Sequence record: NC_043027.1
DNA: 32,000 nt
Direction: 5' to 3' (one strand)
DNA from: Bacillus phage PBS1
Shown: piece after piece, positions 27,608 to 32,000 of the stretch
How the letters are laid out: each line of letters starts with the position of its first letter
How positions within the stretch are numbered: the first letter of the stretch is position 1
Made by a program: the position numbers and the translations under genes
The notes under the pieces: generated by a model
The model's database searches: none
What the model was told of the DNA's origin: nothing
The model's input: the letters and a program-made list of their open reading frames with translations, nothing else

Positions 27608-27673
27608 ATGTTTATTTCCTGTAATAAAAAAGACATAATTTTGAGAGGAAGAGATATTTTATGGGGAATGTAG
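27608..27673 (+). CDS. Possible 21-aa leader peptide overlapping the start of 27661..28068
   Basis: MFISCNKKDIILRGRDILWGM*; strong aggagg upstream; stop overlaps the downstream gene. Confidence 0.35.
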   Translation: MFISCNKKDIILRGRDILWGM

Positions 27674-28068
27674 TAGAATTTAAAAGAAAAACAGAAAATG
27701 AAGAAGTAACCGTAGAAGAAATTCAGTTAGAATATGTTAAAAAGAAAATTTTAGATACATATGAATTAGAAGAAAAAGATATTATGGAAGTTGATGAGAT
27801 GGTTAAAGTATATTTAGATCATCTAGAAAAAGGAGAGGTAATGGTCTTCTCAAGTAGTGAAGATGCTTTATCATTTGCTAATATTGTAATTAATCATCCA
27901 GAATTTAAAGATATTTCACATTTTAAAGTTACTCCTAATATTTCACGACTTTCAATGTTTTATGAACTAGAACCTGTAATGAAGAATTCTAATAAAAAGT
28001 ATATCTTTCCATCAGAAGATAAATTTGTTCCATCTATTCACTATAGAAATATCAATGAAATTTTATAA
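27661..28068 (+). CDS. Hypothetical protein
   Basis: 135-aa ORF. Confidence 0.7.
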   Translation: MGNVVEFKRKTENEEVTVEEIQLEYVKKKILDTYELEEKDIMEVDEMVKVYLDHLEKGEVMVFSSSEDALSFANIVINHPEFKDISHFKVTPNISRLSMFYELEPVMKNSNKKYIFPSEDKFVPSIHYRNINEIL

Positions 28069-28150
28069 TATTACATGAACTAGGAAGGGTTCACATTAAT
28101 ATTTATTAGAAATCATTACACTTATATTCTTTAAAATAGGAGGAAGAAAA

Positions 28151-28678
28151 ATGATAATTGAGAAAGAAGGTAACTTGCTTGAAGCTGAGAAAAATATAAT
28201 TGCGCACCAAGTAAATTGTCAGGGAGTTATGAGATCTGGTATTGCGTTACAGATTGCTAAAAAACATCCTCTTATTCTTAAAAAATATAAAGAAATTTGT
28301 AAGTCAACAAAGCCGGAAAATCTACTTGGTGAATGTCAAATTATTCTTGTATCTCGTAAGTCTCCTTTTAGTGAAGAAGATGATTTATTTACTTATAATA
28401 GTACAAAATATTTTGTAAATCTATTTTCACAATTTGGATATGGTAATAAGGGGAGATATACACGATATTCTTATTTAAAAGAATGCTTAATAACGCTAAA
28501 GGAATTTGCAAAACCTCATAATTTATCTATAGCACTTCCATATAAAATTGGTTGTGGAAGAGGTGGAGGAGATTGGATAAAAGTTAGAAAAATAATTAAT
28601 GATGTTTTTGATGATTATGATGTGACATTATATAAATTTGATGAAAGAAAGTTAGAGTCTCAATATGGAAAAAGATAA
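28151..28678 (+). CDS. Macrodomain (Appr-1''-p processing-like) protein
   Basis: EGNLLEAEKNIIAHQVNCQGVMRSGIALQIAKKHP...LPYKIGCGRGGGDWIKVRKII; aggagg SD. Confidence 0.85.
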   Translation: MIIEKEGNLLEAEKNIIAHQVNCQGVMRSGIALQIAKKHPLILKKYKEICKSTKPENLLGECQIILVSRKSPFSEEDDLFTYNSTKYFVNLFSQFGYGNKGRYTRYSYLKECLITLKEFAKPHNLSIALPYKIGCGRGGGDWIKVRKIINDVFDDYDVTLYKFDERKLESQYGKR

Positions 28679-28829
28679 TCTAAGAGAATGGATTAAAACA
28701 TTTAGGTGGGTAAAGAAGAATCCTTTATATGCTGTACAGAGATTATTTCATTATGAAGAAATAATTGAAAGACGAGATAACACTATTAAAGAGTTAAAAT
28801 TAAAAATTAAGAAATTAGAGGGGAATTAA
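28665..28829 (+). CDS. Small protein (54 aa), absent from supplied ORF track
   Basis: MEKDNLREWIKTFRWVKKNPLYAVQRLFHYEEIIERRDNTIKELKLKIKKLEGN*; overlaps the preceding gene end; coiled-coil-like tail. Confidence 0.5.
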   Translation: MEKDNLREWIKTFRWVKKNPLYAVQRLFHYEEIIERRDNTIKELKLKIKKLEGN

Positions 28830-28831
28830 CT

Positions 28832-29068
28832 ATGGGAAAAGAAGTAACATTTGAGATAGTAAAAGAATTAGGAGTACTTTCAGAAGGTAAAAATGGTTGG
28901 ACAAAGCAGGTTAATATTGTTAAATGGAATAATGGAAAACCTAAATTAGATATTCGGGATTGGAATGAAGACCGAAGCAAGATGGGTAAAGGAATTACAT
29001 TGAATTATGATGATGTTCAATTATTATTTGACATTTTAGAAGATTGTAAAGATGATCTTGATATCTAA
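28832..29068 (+). CDS. Hypothetical protein, possible PC4/YdbC-like ssDNA-binding fold
   Basis: 78 aa; EVTFEIVKELGVLSEGKNGWTKQVNIVKWNNGKPKLDIRDWNEDRSKMGKGITLNYDDVQLLFDIL resembles YdbC/PC4 proteins. Confidence 0.7.
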   Translation: MGKEVTFEIVKELGVLSEGKNGWTKQVNIVKWNNGKPKLDIRDWNEDRSKMGKGITLNYDDVQLLFDILEDCKDDLDI

Positions 29069-29113
29069 TTGATATCAAGATCTCTTATTACATAATTAGG
29101 GGGATAATTAAAA

Positions 29114-29395
29114 ATGGAAAAACAATATTTCTTAGAATTCGTTCATAACACTATTAAAGAAAATCCTGATTGGTTGGGAGAGGCAGTTCTTTATATGCAG
29201 GATGGTCTTAAAAGATCATTAGAAGAAGAAAGACAAAAAAGAAATGATGCTGAATATGCATTAGTAATGGCATATGATATGTTGAGCGAGAAAAAATTAA
29301 ATAGTCGCCCAGCTAATCATACTGCCATTAAGAAAGTACTGAAAAATAGTTCTGCCTTCCAAGGTACTGCTTTTGTAGAAGAATTAGATGTATAA
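29114..29395 (+). CDS. Hypothetical protein
   Basis: 93-aa ORF, gggg SD upstream. Confidence 0.65.
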   Translation: MEKQYFLEFVHNTIKENPDWLGEAVLYMQDGLKRSLEEERQKRNDAEYALVMAYDMLSEKKLNSRPANHTAIKKVLKNSSAFQGTAFVEELDV

Positions 29396-29459
29396 TATAG
29401 GAAATAATTTCAATATAAATGAAATATAGCAACAAAAAATTTTAAAGGAGGAATCAACA

Positions 29460-31505
29460 TTGGATAAACTTAAAATTCAGAAATTCATTATAAGTCTTAA
29501 ACAAAAGAAAAATTTGAGTGCAGAAAAATTAGAAGAGGTCAAATCATTTCTAGATAAGGCTTCAGAAGCCTATTATAACACTGGGCAAGAAATCTTATCT
29601 GATGATGAATTTGATGCCATTGCCAGAGAATTTAAACGTTTAGGTGGTAAATTAGATGTAGGTGCTAATCCACCTAAAGGAAAAGGAACAGTAGATGTAT
29701 CTCATACATTTGCTGAGTTAGTTGGTACATTAGATAAAACAAATTTTATTTATGAAAAGAACGTTGATGATCCAAGCAAGAAGAGTGTAGAAGAATGGCT
29801 AAACAATATTATCAAAAAGTTAGGGAATGATAAAGAATTTAGTCTAGGTATCAGTTTTAAATTTGATGGTAATTCGGTTGTTATTGAATATAAAGATGGA
29901 AAAGTAGTTAGAGCATTAACAAGAGGTAGAAATGGTCTAGGAATGGATTTAACTCATGTCTTTAAAGATCATACTATTAAAAGAAAAGATCATGTAGGAA
30001 TCAAATATGAAATCATTATTCCTTGGAAACGTTATGAAGACTTAATGAAAGATACTGGTGTATCATATGCTAATCCTAGATCATTAGTATCTGGTAAATT
30101 AGGTGACGATAATGCTTATGAGTATTATAAATATATGGAATTAGTTCCATTATGGGTAAAACCTTACAATTCAACAATGGAAAGAACTGAACAGCTAGAA
30201 TTTATTGAAGAAGCATTTGGGGAAGATAATAGTTTATTCAGTGATTATAGATTGATTGAAGGAGTAACAGGAAATAATTTAACTCCTTTTATGGAAGAAT
30301 TAGAAGATATGTATGAAAAATATAATATTGAAAGATATAATCTTCCATTTATGATAGATGGTTTAGTTATTGAAGTATTAGAAGAAGATATTAGAAATAC
30401 ATTAGGGTATGTAAATGATGAACCTAACTGGGCGACTGCTTTAAAATTCCCTTATATGGAAAAAACTACTACTGTAACTGATTTTGATTTTACATTAGGT
30501 GACTCAGGAATTATTACTGCAAGAGTCTGGTATGAACCAGTAACTTTTAATGGAACTGAACACCGAAAACAATCTCTTCAGAACTATAAAAGATTTAAAG
30601 AGTTAGGTTTAGGAATTGGTAGCCAAATTCTAGTTCAGTATCGCAATGATTGTCTCAGCTATGTCGTTCCAATTTTAAATGAACACAATAAAAATATTTC
30701 TCCTCATCCTTATACTGATAAATGTCCAGTATGTGGCGGTGAAGTTGGAATTACTAAAACTGGAGCATTTGCATATTGTAAGAATGAAACATGTGAGGGT
30801 AAAACAGTAGGCAAAATTCAGAACTATTTGACTAAGATGGATATTAAAGGAATTAAAGAATCAACTATTGTCAAACTTCATAATGCAGGATTAGTAAAAA
30901 GTATCACTGATCTTTATACAATGGATTATGGAAAGATTGCTGAAGTAGACGGTTTAGGAGCAATTGCTTCAATTAATATTAGTGGTGCTATTAATAGTAA
31001 AATTCCATATGACTATGAAATTATTGGTGCATTAGGTATTAGTAGTTTTTCCACATCCAAAGCTAAAGAACTTTGTAAAGTATTTTCTGTTCAAGAAATG
31101 CTTGATATACTTGAGAGTTATTATCCTGAAAATTTAATTAACAGTATCACTCAGCAAGAAGGATTTTCTGATATTACTGCTAACTATATTGTAGAGGGTT
31201 TACAAAAGAATAAAGAGACAATTGAATTTTTATTAAAAAGAGAACATAAAGTCTTTAAAACAGAATATGAAAAAATGGCTGGAGTACAAGCTATGAAGAT
31301 TGTTTTTACTAACTTCCGTGACGAAGCAATGCAAATTCAATTAGAGATGGCTGGTCATAAAATTACAAGTGCAGTCTCAAGAAAAACTAATATTGTTGTA
31401 ACCCCTAATCCAAACGGAAATACAGTTAAATTAAAGAAAGCAAGAGAATATGGAATTCGAATTGTAAGTGTAGATGAGTTTAAAGAAGAAATGGGAATTA
31501 GCTAA
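29460..31505 (+). CDS. ligA: NAD+-dependent DNA ligase
   Basis: YYNTGQEILSDDEFDAI (Ia domain), nucleotidyl motif KFDGNS, zinc finger CPVCGGEVGITKTGAFAYCKNETC, HhH region, C-terminal BRCT; TTG start with aggagg SD. Confidence 0.9.
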   Translation: MDKLKIQKFIISLKQKKNLSAEKLEEVKSFLDKASEAYYNTGQEILSDDEFDAIAREFKRLGGKLDVGANPPKGKGTVDVSHTFAELVGTLDKTNFIYEKNVDDPSKKSVEEWLNNIIKKLGNDKEFSLGISFKFDGNSVVIEYKDGKVVRALTRGRNGLGMDLTHVFKDHTIKRKDHVGIKYEIIIPWKRYEDLMKDTGVSYANPRSLVSGKLGDDNAYEYYKYMELVPLWVKPYNSTMERTEQLEFIEEAFGEDNSLFSDYRLIEGVTGNNLTPFMEELEDMYEKYNIERYNLPFMIDGLVIEVLEEDIRNTLGYVNDEPNWATALKFPYMEKTTTVTDFDFTLGDSGIITARVWYEPVTFNGTEHRKQSLQNYKRFKELGLGIGSQILVQYRNDCLSYVVPILNEHNKNISPHPYTDKCPVCGGEVGITKTGAFAYCKNETCEGKTVGKIQNYLTKMDIKGIKESTIVKLHNAGLVKSITDLYTMDYGKIAEVDGLGAIASINISGAINSKIPYDYEIIGALGISSFSTSKAKELCKVFSVQEMLDILESYYPENLINSITQQEGFSDITANYIVEGLQKNKETIEFLLKREHKVFKTEYEKMAGVQAMKIVFTNFRDEAMQIQLEMAGHKITSAVSRKTNIVVTPNPNGNTVKLKKAREYGIRIVSVDEFKEEMGIS

Positions 31506-31510
31506 TATAA

Positions 31511-31552
31511 AATAAAGAGATTCTATTATAGAATCTCTTTATTTTTTTTTTT
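31511..31552. terminator. Bidirectional intrinsic terminator
   Basis: aataaagagattct / attat / agaatctctttatt followed by T-run; ends ligase gene and faces the minus-strand ORF. Confidence 0.85.
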
Positions 31553-31962
31553 CAATTTACCATGGATATAATAGCACCATTAATAGATGATACAACTTTA
31601 GATAGAGATGCTAGTATTTTAGAATTAAGTTTAATTAATTCTGAGTGAACATGAATGGAACTTGATCCAATGAGATAACTTAATTCATAGTTATCCATTC
31701 TTGAAATTCTTTCTTTAATTACAGAAAGATTATCTTTTAATTCTTTCATTGTTCCTTCCACTTCAGCAATATTTTTATAAGATAATTTTAAGAATGTTAA
31801 TAGTTTATCAATATCTTTTGTAGTATAAGATGAACTACTTTTATTATCAAGTTTTTCACCAATTGATCGACTTAAGCCATCTAAAGATACATCCATAGAT
31901 GTTTTAAGAATACTAAATTGAGATGGATCAGTAATGGTAGACATTCGATTATGACTATCCAT
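31552..31962 (-). CDS. Hypothetical protein (coiled-coil-like)
   Basis: 136-aa minus-strand ORF; start uncertain, may extend upstream. Confidence 0.55.
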   Translation of the reverse strand: MDSHNRMSTITDPSQFSILKTSMDVSLDGLSRSIGEKLDNKSSSSYTTKDIDKLLTFLKLSYKNIAEVEGTMKELKDNLSVIKERISRMDNYELSYLIGSSSIHVHSELIKLNSKILASLSKVVSSINGAIISMVN

Positions 31963-32000
31963 TAGTTTTTTGTAATAAGGATCATCTGAAAATGAACTAA

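Overview
This AT-rich, gene-dense window looks like part of a large (probably jumbo-class) phage genome infecting a Gram-positive host. Most genes are on the + strand. Recognisable products: a poly-gamma-glutamate hydrolase-like protein, a VWA-domain protein, a Nudix hydrolase, a PIN-PhoH ATPase, a holin-like protein, an AAA ATPase, a RecA-like recombinase, a phage multisubunit RNA polymerase beta (C-terminal half) protein, a macrodomain protein, a possible ADP-ribosyltransferase-fold protein and an NAD-dependent DNA ligase. The most notable locus is 13003-17236. An N-terminal HD domain appears fused to a second RNA polymerase beta C-terminal module, and that gene is interrupted by two group I introns. 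Each intron carries a zinc-ribbon-repeat/EDxHD (Vsr-like) homing endonuclease ORF. Splice sites proposed from P1/P10 pairings rebuild an in-frame product of 516 aa whose joined residues (GQVTGNDKIARISDIESYSLVAIGADNALKEFLGPRA|DNSVAKTDMYKNI) follow the bacterial RpoB C-terminal pattern (...[45 protein letters not shown]). Other signals: a possible three-way-junction RNA whose closing stem covers the SD of the RecA-like gene, a 26-nt perfect palindrome upstream of the AAA ATPase, and many perfect 15-18 bp intergenic hairpins, several without U-tracts. No tRNA or CRISPR array was recognised.
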